A DNA stretch of 64,000 nt. It comes from Cyanophora paradoxa CCMP329 (lineage: Eukaryota > Plantae > Glaucophyta). The stretch is from the NCBI GenBank assembly GCA_004431415.1, contig QPMI01000489.1, positions 1-64,000 on the forward strand. The letters run 5' to 3'. Below the pieces are notes generated by a model that was not told where the DNA came from, searched no databases, and saw only the letters and a list, made by a program, of their open reading frames with translations. A program made the translations under genes and the position numbers. Position 1 is the first letter of the stretch; every line of letters starts with the position of its first letter. Positions 49,807-61,034 of this stretch are shown here, one piece after another.

Positions 49807-51012
49807 CGCGGCCGGCGCCCGTTCGGGCGTACGCTTTCGAATTCCTACTCCGGCTTCCAATCCTACTCCGGCCAGCGCCTTTTCCATCGCAAGCGCACAA
49901 TTGTCCATATATATAATCAGGTATATCTATCTGTATGATCGCGTTCGAATTCGTATTTTTCAAGTAGATAGGTATGCAGATATATAGCCCGATTATACAG
50001 TCGTGGTTAAGCGGGGGCTCGACGCCCCTCGCGCAGTGTACACTTCAGATGAAACATTAGCCTAGTAGTGTAGCCTGGTAGTCTCATGAGTTGTACAGCG
50101 GTCCGGACTTGGCCCGGGCCGGCCCATTTTCGGCCTCTGCCCGAGCCACGCCCGACCGGTACCTTGGCGCCATTTGTTTTTGCGAGAAGAGTGGTTGACA
50201 GTGTGTACTGCAGATCAAATTATTTCCGTTTCACGTAGTAGTTTAAGATTCCATCGCACTGTTCTTTCCCGTTTGGGTACTCGTGTTGTCACAGTATAGA
50301 TCCGACGTATACGTAGATAGTAATCTAATCCCTCAGGCTTGCTTTCAAAGCTTAAGATCGTTTCAAGCTAACTAGCCATATGCATAGAACAGCTCTCGCC
50401 CCATGCATGTCTATCTTGTATCTCGGCACAGCTCACAGCGCTAGCTCGCGTTTTCAACGCGCCAGCCTCGCCTCGAATCGTGAATAGCCTTCAGCCTCAG
50501 AGCAGCTAGCGCTAGAGAATAGCCTCCTGAGCTAAACAGCTGCAGTGCCCTTGGCCCATGGGCACCGTAAGTTGCCATCCAGTGCGCAAAACTGCTCGCG
50601 TGTACCGTAGCTATAGTACCTGTACTATACGGTACATATACCAGTGTATCTGAGTGTTCGAATTCTTTAAATTCCGGATCCAATTCTGCGAATTGTAATA
50701 ACGTGAATCTGATGTGGGCTTTTCCAGCATGCTCTCGATCGTGCATATCATAGTATGATCAGGCGCACTCGCGCCTGTGCCACGGCGACTGAGTGTGGCC
50801 GGCAAGGTGCCGCATGCGCAGTGCCGGCTGATGCGCATGCGGCCGGACATCTGCGGCCGGCAGGCTGCCGGCTGGTGCCGCCGCAGCTGCAGTGCGCATG
50901 CAGGTCTAGTGCCATGAATTTCGAAAATAGCTCGTGCACGTGCTCTTCGATCGCGATGCAATTCAGATAGATATAGAGACGATACCCGGCCCTGAATTCG
51001 AATTTGAAATGG

Positions 51013-52044
51013 CTACAGGGAGGCGGGGTGCGGCCGCCTGAAGAAGACCGCGTGCGGAGGCTGCCCCGGCTTCAGCTTAAAGAGCTCAATAAGCGCGTAG
51101 GCTGCGGAAGGGATGAGCTCGAGGGGCGGGCAGGGGGGCACGGAGAGAGGTAGGGGGGTACAAGCGCACCGCAGGTGCCGATGGAGCCGGTGCAGATGAG
51201 GAGGACGAGCCACAGTAGCTGCAGGTACCACCTGGAGAGGACCTCTTTCGAAGGGGGGGGGGAGACGGGAAGGGGTACACGGATCCGGACCTGCCGTGCT
51301 CCTTGTAGAAGACCCAGCAGTAGATGGCGAAAACGTTCGTGTAGAAATCTTTCAGAGTCGTGATCTGCGGGCGTGCGGTTCGGCGGTTGGGGGCAAAGCT
51401 GCAGGGTGATTGGGGAAGGGGGGCGGGGGGCCATAGTTACGTGCCATCCACTTGATGCTGCAGGGAAGGGGCGGCGTGAGGGAGGGCGCTGCCAGCTGCA
51501 GGGGCGGGACACCGAGCCGGGTACCTTCCGAGGTAATCCCACTCTTTGATCAGGTTGTTCGTCCAGCTGCGGCGCAGGACGCGGGGCGGGGCGGGGCGGG
51601 GCGGGGCGGGAGGCGGTTAGCTGCAGCCTGAAGGGGCGTGCGCCGACGAAGAGCCACCGGCATGCCGCAGAGCAGCGCACCACGTGTCGATGACTGCGAA
51701 GCGCTCGGTCAGCCGCCGCACGAAGAACGGCACGGGCGTAGCTTAGCTGGGCACGTGCGGCGGGCGAGGCTAGTGCTTCCGCCGGCAGCGCTCTGGGCGC
51801 TCGCGCACCGGTGTAGGTCATCCATACAAAGAGCGTGCCGAAGATGATCTGAGCGTCGGCCGCGGCGTTTACGGCGGGGGGTGGGTACTTCGCCGCAGCT
51901 GCAGCGTTTAGGGCGCGCGGGTCGAACCTTGAAGGCGAGCACAAGGTATTGGTTCCTCCTCAGCTCGGTATCGCTGAGCCCCTCAGTCCCGTACGAATCG
52001 GCGCGCATCGTGGAGTGGTCGCGCAGCAGCGCTTCGCCGCTCAT
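51013..52044 (-). CDS. DUF1475-family membrane protein
   Basis: Spliced ..KWM..|ITTLKDFYTNVFAIYCWVFYKEHGR|WYLQLLWLVLLICTGSIGTC|AYALIELFKL, matching the plant DUF1475 pattern TLxDFYxN..WVxYKE..W.VLL.C.GS..TC.Y. Confidence 0.8.
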
Positions 52045-52161
52045 CTGCGTTCGGCTCAGCTCCTCGAGCTTTCTGCTGTGCGCGCGGGCGCACGCGGTGC
52101 CGGACTGCCGTCTTGCAGCCTCTTGCTGGCTTGCGGGGTACAAGTGCGGAATCAGGTTGAA

Positions 52162-54785
52162 ATGGCAAACGACGCGAAAGTAGCGACGAAGGCGGCTCCG
52201 GACGCGAAGGAAGACGGCGCCGGAGCCAAGGTGCGCAGCGCCGCCGCGCGCTCCGACGAGCGCGGGCGCATGTTTTCCCTCCGGCCGCCGCGGACCGCCT
52301 ACGTCGCTCACGCGGCTCCGGCACGCGCAGAATGACTCGAAGCCGGCAGCTCCGGCGCCCGTCTACGCCAACGGCGTCGTGGTCCGTCGGCTTCATTCGC
52401 GCCGCGTCATCAGCCTGACCAGCGCCGGCAGAGCATCGGCGGCCTGCTCGGGCTCATCGCGTTCGGCTTCTTTTGCTTCGTGCTCGTCAAGGAGCACGCG
52501 TTTGAGGAGGAGATCGAGCTCGAGGCGGCGAAGGCCCGCGAGCTGTACTTCAGTGCGCGGCCGTTCGAAAACGCTTCGCAATGCGTAAAGCGCTGAGCGT
52601 CTTCCAATTCGCAGCGCCCGTTCAGTCGAGCATCGGCGGCCTCCTCATCGGCGAGCGCATTGCCGCCCGCCGCCGTCGGTGCCCCGCGCGCAATGCGCTG
52701 ACCTCTGCGCGCTCTCAGGTCTTTCGGTGTTCTTCATGCTCCGCCTCGGCGGTTCGCCCGCCTCCGCATCGCCTTTCGCGCGTCTCGCGCCTCCCGACGC
52801 TGATGCTGTACGCCCCGCCTCTCTGCAGGCCGCGTCACGGGGATCAGCGGCATGCTTTCCGAGTTTCTCTTCGGCGGATTCCCCGCCTGGCGCTTCTTCT
52901 TCCTCTTCGGGTACGTACCCCTCCATTCCTCCTGGAACCGGGTACCGCAACTCAGCAACCGTACCCCCCAGCCTGTTCTTCACTGGCGCGTGGCTCTACG
53001 AGCAGAAGCCCTCGAGCTTCGACTTTGCTCGCGACATGTCCGCTTCCTTCTCCGCCGTCGCCGGTACCCCCCCTCCCGCGTCATTCCCCCTCTCCCCTTT
53101 TGAACGCGTACCCCCAGGCTTCCTCGTCGGCTTCGGAGCGCTGATGGGCAACGGGTGCACCTCCGGCCACATGATGTACGCCCGCCCACTCTTTCGCGTA
53201 CCCCCCTCCCTTCCCCTCCCTGACTGTACCCCCTATCCGCAGCTGCGGGATGAGCCGCCTGTCCCCCCGTAGCCTCGCCGCCACCGTCATGTTCTTCCTG
53301 GGGGCTGTCGGCGTAAACGCCGCCTTCCGCGATCAGGCGCGCCTCGCCATACCCCCGGCCCGTTTCTTTCGCGTACCCCCCCCCGCTCACCCCCCGGGGC
53401 AGCTCGGCGGCCTCCCCGCGACCCGCGGCATCGCGAAGATGGCCCCGTACCCCGACGAGGAGCGCATGCGCTTCATGCTCACTGTGCGCTCGCCTGTACC
53501 CCCCTTCTCGATCCTTTCTTGACGCCCCATCAGGCCCTGGTCGGCGTGACGGGCACGTACCTCGTCCTGTGGGCCGTCTCCTCCCTTAAATCGATCCAGG
53601 AGTCCTCGCGCTTCCAGGTACCCCCCTCCCCTCCCCCCGCAGCTTTCGCCGCAGCGCCTCAACTTTCGCCGCAGCGCTTCCTGATGAACGTCGTGTGCCT
53701 CGTCTCGGGCGGGTCCTTTGGCCTCGGCCTGGGCCTCTCCGGCATGCTCCGCAGCTCCAAGGTCCGAGTCGGCGCCCGAATCGGAAGAACCTGCGATAGG
53801 AAGCGCGTCACTTGACGAAAGCTCAAAAGCTTCTCAAAGCTCGAGCTCGGAAGCTTTATTAGGCGGGATGACGCCTTGGCGCCGCCGTCAACCGCTTAGG
53901 TTACGCCGCAAATGAATTGAGCGCCGCTGACGCCCCTTTTGACAGGTTCTCGGGTTCGTCGACGTGACCGGCAAGTGGGACCCCTCCCTCGTGTGCGTCG
54001 CCGGCGGCGCCGTGGTCCCCAACATGATCCTGTACGCCCCCTGTCCCCCCCCCCCCCCGGCCTAGGAAAGTCACCTGAGACGCCTTCGGGAAAGGTACTT
54101 TGCGCACGTTAAGGGCCTCTCGAAGCCGGCGCTGGCCCCCGCGTTCGCCCCCTGCTCGGTCCGCCCGCCCGCCCGCCCGCCCGGCGCTTGTCCGCCTGTC
54201 CTGCCCCTGCCTCCTCCTCCTCCTCCTCCCCCTCCTCCTCATATGAGCCATCGAACTCAGATGTCCTCCATCGACCTCCGGCTCCTCGCCGGCTCCCTCA
54301 TCTTCGGGTACGCGATTCCCGGCCCGCCCGGGTACGCAGTTCAGAACCGGCTGAGCTGGTCCCGCGCAGGATCGGGTGGGGCCTGGGCGGCGTGTGCCCC
54401 GGCCCGATCATCGCCGGTGCGCCTTCCCCGCCTCTAAAACTTCCGTCCTGCTGCTCTAGATCTGCGTCCCTTTCGGACCCCGCTCCTAAAGCTAGTTCCT
54501 TCCCCGCTTTCCGAATTTCTGGATCTGTAAATTTCGTCTCGCTAACAGTCGATTATCCGCAGCCGTGCCCTCTCTCGAGCCCCACGTTCTCTTCGCGGGC
54601 CTGGGCATGCTCGCCGGTGATCACATTTGATCTCCGATTCGATCTGATCACATTTGATCTCCGATTCGATCTGATTACAATTATTCGCGTACCCAGGCAT
54701 GTTCGCGTTCCGGTTCGGGCATATGCTCGTCGGAGGTGCCCCGAGCGCCGTCCCGAAGGCCGCCAAGGGATCCAAGTCCAACTAG
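52162..54785 (+). CDS. Fused YeeE/YedE-family (sulfur-compound/thiosulfate transporter) membrane protein
   Basis: FT|PVQSSIGGLLIG; GRVTGISG; LVGFGALMGNGCTSGHM.CGMSRLSPRSLAAT; FGLGLGLSGM..K|VLGFVDVTGKWDPSL; IFG|IGWGLGGVCPGP; stop at 54783-54785. Confidence 0.92.
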
Positions 54786-55110
54786 CGTACTTAAGTGTGA
54801 AGGTAGCTATAGGCAGTAGCTCGATAAGATATATAGCAGTCAACAGGCGTCGCCGTGAAGGCAGAGGCGGCCAAGGCCGAGGGCTCCAAGGCCAGTTAGA
54901 GAAACCCCTAAACTTGCAAGTAGAATACGGTAGCTCGACAAGATAGCAGTGGATCGGTGCTGTTGACGCACTGCTGCGCCTAGCAGCTGCAGAGCTCGGG
55001 GCTACTGCAGCCGGGGGCTCCGGATCCCGGAGTTCGAAAGCGAAGGAACCGAAGCGCGAACGTTAGCGGCGGGAAGCTTAAGCTTGACCACGCCGTGACG
55101 ACCATGAAGC

Positions 55111-55397
55111 TTAAGGCGAGCGCCCGGCGGCCGCGGCCGCGCGCGCCAGCGCCGCGCGCGCGCGCGCGGCGTGCACATGCGGCGGCGCAACTTGCGATCG
55201 GCGACCGTCGGACTCCAGAGCTGCCGCAGCGCAGGATGCAGCTCCCGGAGTCCGACTCGGCGCCGGCGATACGTATACTTAAGGCGAGCTCGAGCGCCCG
55301 GCGGCCGCGCGCGCGCCAGCCATGGCCAGCGCCGCGCGCGCGCGCCAGCGCCGCCGCGGCGCGGCGCGACCGGTACCGGAGCTGCCGCAGCGCAGGA
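55111..55397. repeat. Diverged two-copy repeat (period ~168 bp) upstream of the peptidase gene
   Basis: TTAAGGCGAGC..GCCCGGCGGCCGCG at 55111 and 55279; GAGCTGCCGCAGCGCAGGA twice. Confidence 0.75.
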
Positions 55398-55560
55398 GCG
55401 CCAGATCTAGCGCAGCGCAGGATATATCTAAAGATCAAATTGCATGATCTCGGACGCGGGTTCGGCTCCGCAATTAGGGGTTTCGTGGCTGGCCCCGAAT
55501 GCGCCTCGCCGGAAGGCCTGCATCGCACCGCAGTCGTGTAGCTAGCTAGAAGAAGCCATC

Positions 55561-58500
55561 ATGGATCGCGCGGGCGAGCCAGACGAGCTCGATCCGCCGA
55601 AGCTCACCCCCACTCCGAGGCGCACATGGTCGCGCGGCGGCGAGAAGTCGCCCCCGATAGGCATCCCCGTTCCTCGCCGGCACGGTGCGGCCCGTGCGCT
55701 CGCGCACGGTCGGACTCGGGACTCACCAGGCGCCTCGCGTACGCAGCCGCCAGCCCGTTCTCGGACGGCGAGGGCGACTCGATGATGATGTTCCCGCCGC
55801 AAGATGGAGACTTCCCGCTCGACGGGAACCCGCGGCTGCTCGACTCCCCCCGATCGCTCCCTGACATGAAGCTCATCAGTTCCAGCCCGGACACGCTGCC
55901 CCTGAACGGGGCGCCGCCGTCAACGAGCATGGAATCGGACATGCCAGTCATTCGCATCGGCTCGCTCGAGATGCCCTCGCGGCTGGCGAAGGAGCCTGCG
56001 AAGAAGAAGGCCCCTCCGAAGCCGCCCGTCGCGCAGAAGATCCCACACCTCGTGAAGACCCCGTTCGAGGAGTATATAGACGAGTACCACTGGTTCCGCG
56101 ACAAGGCGAACCCCAAAGTCATGGAGTGCGCTACGCGCTGGAACGCGACATTTGATCCGCGCTCGCTGAGGCCGCGCAGGTACCTAGAATCCGAAAACAC
56201 GTACGCGGAAGCAATCATGAAGAACACGGAGGACCTTCAGACGACCCTGTACAACGAGTTCTGCTCCCGCTCGCTAGACGCGGATGCGGAGGCGCGCCCC
56301 GCCGATCGCCCCACGCCGCGTCCGCGCGCCGCGGGCTCAGGCGCGCGCAGGTTCCCATTCGCGTCGATAACTACTACTACTACAAGCGCACGGAGCCCGA
56401 CAAGCAGTACACGGTACGCGGCGGCGGCTGCAGCTGCCGCCGCGGCGCCCGCACGGCCGCCGCGGCCGACGCCTCCGCGCCCCTCCTCCGCAGGTCCACT
56501 GCCGAAAGTTCGACTCGCTTGACGCCTCCGAAGAGGTTGTTTTCGACGAGAACGAGTGGGCAGAGGGCGAGGACTACTTCGAGGTGGGCGTACCCGTACC
56601 CCCCGCCTCCGCCCCGCCGCCCCCACCGACGCGCGCCCGGCCCGGGTACAGCTTGGCGTCTTCGAGGTCGCGCCGAACCACAACATAGTCGCCCTGGGCA
56701 CCAACACGACCGGTGACGAGCGGTTCACCGTATACTTCAAGGCGGGCTTATCTGCTTCGCCCTATCTGCCTCTCCGGGATTCAAACCCGCCCCTCCTCGC
56801 AGGACCTGGGTACCGGCTCGCTCCTGGACGACGAGATTCCGGTGCGTCTGCCCGCCTTCCCCCCCGCCCCTCTCTCCGCGCCTCGCCTCCTGAAGCCGCC
56901 GCCAGAACGTAAACACGCTCCGCTGGGCCAACGACAACTCGAGCGTCCTGTACACGGTACCCCTCCCCCTCTCTGTCTGTCAGGCGATCCAACTCTATCG
57001 GCCACCGGGTGAACTTCCGCCTCAGGTGATCCACCCGACGACCGGGCGCTCGTACCGGCTCTACAGGCACCGCCTCGGTACACCCGTCGCCGAAGACGAG
57101 CTCATGCACTCGGTGCGCCCCTCCCCCCACTCGCTTCCCTCCCCCGCCCCTTCAGAGCGCCCCCCTCCCGTCCTTCATCTGAGCGCCCCCCACCCCCTCC
57201 CCCTCCCCCCGCCACCCTGCAGGAGGACGACGAGGCGTTCGTGCTGAGCATCTCGATGACGAACAGCGGCAAATTCTTCCTCCTCCGCCTCGCCGGTGCG
57301 TGCGCGGGGCGAAGGCGGGCGGGGCGGGCCGCGCGCCCTGCGGCGGCCAGACTAGACGGGGCAGGCAGGCAGGCAGCAGCTAGCTCCATTGTAGGGACGG
57401 CTCCATTGTTCTAGATTCGGGGGGAGGGGGGGGGGGAGGGGGGGTGGGGTGGGGGGGTTAGCTTGACGGCTCAAGGGCGTTCGACCGACAGGCCCAGCCC
57501 ATCCCATTCCAGCCCCGCCCCGCCCCGCCCCGCCCCGCTCCCCCAGCATTGTACCCCCCGCCTCACCCCCCGACCGCTTCTTCGTTCACAGACCAATCGA
57601 CGGCTGAGGTTCGCTTCATGGACGCCGACGACCCGAAGGGCTACTTCCGCGTCCTGTACCCCCGCGAGCCCAACATCGCCTACTTCGTCGAGGTCCGATT
57701 CTTCGCACTCAATTTACCCGTACCCCCTGCAGCTCTGCGATCAGATTTGATCTCATCTGATCTGATCTGATTTCGAGCAGCACCACGGGAACAAGTTCTT
57801 CGTTCTCACGAACGACGACGGCGCCGTCAACTTCAAGCTCGTGCAGGGTACCCCCTCGTTTCTTCCCCCCCCCTCGGCGTCGGTTTGAACAGCCGCGGGG
57901 CAGTACCCGTCATCTCGCCGCAGAAGAAGAACTGGCGGGAGGTCCTCGCCAGCAACGAGCAGGTACCGCTCCCGTACCCCCCTTCCTTCCCTTCCCGCCT
58001 TCCCGTACCCCTCACCGCCCCTTCCCGTACCCCCCTCTTTTGCAGGTGCTTCTGGAGCAGATGTTCGTGTACAAGCACCACTTAGTCCTCTTCTGCCTCC
58101 GCGACACCCACCGCGTCATCAAGGTCAGATCCGATCCGATCCGAACCGATCCGATTTCTGATCCGATCTGATCTGATCCGACTTCTCCCCCCCTCCCATC
58201 GCTCAGATCATGGACTTGTCGGACGGGGAGTGGCACACGGTCGAGTTCGGCGAGCGTCTCACAAGCGTCTGGCCGGGCAACTACGACGACGAGGACATTC
58301 GCATGGTCCGAGCGCACGTATATATAAGATCCACGGTTCAGTATAAGTCTAGAAGCCCAAAACGACATCCGCATGGTTCGAGCACAAGCACACACATAAG
58401 ACCCGCGGCTCATATATGAGACTATAGACTGGGACCTACATATTATAAACTATAGATGACGAACACATCCGCATGGTCCGAGCGCACATATTCGACCCGC

Positions 58501-60846
58501 GTTTCAGTTTTGTTAGCTCGCTTAGGAGCTCAGAGCTCAGACTATAGACAGACTATAGACTGGGCCCGAGACACAAAGTCGAAGAGCCCAAGAGCACATC
58601 ACTCTGTCTATGTCTCCTTTCTTCCTGCCGAATATCTGCCTGATACCCCCCGCTCCCCCCCCCCCCAGATCACGGCGTACAAGACGAACAAGATCCGCTT
58701 CCTGAAGTCCTCCTTCCTCGACCCGGTACCCCCCTCCCCGCCCGCCGAATCCCCGTACCCCCCTCCGTTCCTAACAGGAGCGGCGGCTCCTTTTCGCAGG
58801 CGACGTACTATGACTACGACATGGACAACCGCGCCAAGACGAAGCGAAAGGTCCGCAGCGAACGAAGCGAGGGCGGGCTAGCTGGCCGGCCAGCTAGCCA
58901 AGCCGGACGCTTAGACGGTTAGCTGCGACGAAGGGAAAGGTCCGGATCCGGGGGGGTGGGCGAGGGGAGGGCACGGTGCCAGCCAGACCTACAAGACCTA
59001 TAGGGCGTACCGGTAGCTAAGCCAGTCTTAGCCGGACGGGTCTGAGCCAGTCTCGGCCCGGTTAGCTGCGCCCCCTCCTCTCCCCCGCCGGGGCTGACAG
59101 ACCGATCGAGCGCAGACCGACACGGTTCTGGGGGGGTACGTCCCGGCCATCTACCACCAGGAGGTCCGTTCAGCTCGAAGCGAGCGTACCCGTACCCGTG
59201 CCGAATCGTGCCCCGCCGTCCTGGTTCTGATTCTTCTGTCCCGGTTTCAGCGCATCTTCGCGACCGGTCACGATGGCGTGGAGGTGGGTTCCGGCCGTGT
59301 CTTTGCCCACGACCTTTAGATTCACGCACCCCCCTCCGCCCAGATCCCCATCTCGCTCGTGTTCCGCAAGGATATGCGGGACCCCGAGAACGGCAACTAC
59401 TGCCTGGTACCCCCTTTCCGTGCACGCGTACCCCCGGGCTCCCGCGAACCCCGTACCCCAGATGGAGGCGTACGGCGCGTACGGCGGAAACAAGCACCCC
59501 CGCTTCGATCCCCACAAGGTCCGAAAATCGCTGTACCCCTCAGCTCGCAGCTTATACCCCCCTGCAGCTCTCCCTCCTCGACCGCGGCTTCGTCTACGCG
59601 ATCGCGCACGTCCGGTACCCCCCTTTGCGCCTCCGTACCCCTCGACGGCCCTCACGCTCCCCCGCAGCGGCTCGGGCATGAGGGGACGCCAGTGGTACCT
59701 CCAGGGCAAGGTTTTCAACAAAAAGGTACCCCTCCCGCTTTCTTACATCGTTCGTTGCCCAACGGTGTACCCCAGAACACGTTTTACGACTTCATATCCT
59801 GCGCCAAGCACCTCGTTAGCGCGGGGTACACCCGCCACGAAAGGTCCGCCGCCGTACCCCTCCGAAACGTTCTTTCCCCTTCGCCTTATCCCGAGCTTCC
59901 TTCCTTCCTTCCTGTACCCCAGGCTCGCGATCTACGGGCGCTCGGCGGGCGGACTCCTCATGGGCGCCGTGTTGAACATGGCCCCTGAGCTGTTCAAGGT
60001 CGCTGTCGTCGAGGTCCGCGTACCCCCCGGCGCTTCCCCCCCCACGCCCGCGACGTCTCCCGGTTCGAATCCGAGCAGGTGCCTTTCGTGGACTGCATCA
60101 ACACGATGATCGACCCGAGCATCCCGTGGGTCGCCTTCGAGTACTCGGAATGCGCGTACCCCCCTTCCCCTTCCTCCGCACTTTTCCCCTTGTAACCCAG
60201 GGCGCAGGGGGCGATCCCCGGTCCAGCCGAGAGATGTACGACTACATGAAGAGCTACAGGTACCCCTGGATCACTTCGCCCCCCCTCCCCCCCAACCTCC
60301 CGATCGTCACTCACGCCCCGGCAGCCCGTACGACAACGTCAAGCCGCAGAACTACCCCCACATCCTAATCAGTGCGCCCATCTTGTACCCCCCCCCCCTC
60401 CACGCCACGCCGCCCGCCTATCCTCCGCCGCGCTCACCTCTCCTCAGCGACCGGCTGGAACGACCCCCGGGTACAGTACTGGGAGCCCACGAAGTGGACC
60501 GCCCGCCTCCGGTGCCCCTACCCCCCCTTTCCCTTCTTCCCCGTACCCCCGTTCCATCTTAACCCGGCCCGGGCGTACCCCCCAGGGCCGTGAAGGAAGA
60601 CTCGAACATTCTGCTGCTCCGGACGCACATCGCGGGTGCGCGGGGCGCCGGCGCCTTCGGGGGAGGCTAGAGAGGCTTTCCGCGCGGTGCTTTCCTAAGA
60701 TGCAGGACTTTCCGATAAGGCTACGCCTTCCTCTCTGCCCTCCTCCCTCTCAACCCCCCCCCTCCCCCCGCAGGGCACATGGGGAGCACGGGGCGGTACG
60801 ACCACCTCGAGGACCTCGCCTTCAACTACGCCTTCGTCATCGACAG
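55561..60846 (+). CDS. opdB: Oligopeptidase B / protease II (S9A) portion of a many-exon gene
   Basis: PPVAQKIPH..DEYHWFRD..YLESENTY; beta-propeller exons; YGAYG, LSLLDRGFVYAIAHVRG, NTFYDFI, GRSAGGLL (Ser), VPFVD, EYSEWGDP, SPYDN, NDPRVQYWEPTKW (Asp), AGHMG (His), YAFVID. Confidence 0.95.
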
Positions 60847-61034
60847 GCGCCCGCCCGCCCGTCTCTTTAGCTCCAAAAGCTTTAGCTTCCTTAGCTTCCT
60901 ACTTAGCTTCCTTCTTAGCTCTTGAAGAGTCGTTTTAGCTCTGTGTCTTCGTCATCGACCGGCGCCCGCCCCGCTCCACTCCGCTCTGGGTGGGTGAACG
61001 CTCACTCGCCTGTCGGCCGCCTCCGCGTGCGCAG

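Noticed and set aside
49990-50760. AT-richer patch with TACAG starts as a Tc1/mariner-type MITE, and the ORF at 50441-50746
   Set aside because: No matching inverted end found, and the ORF has no recognisable motif.
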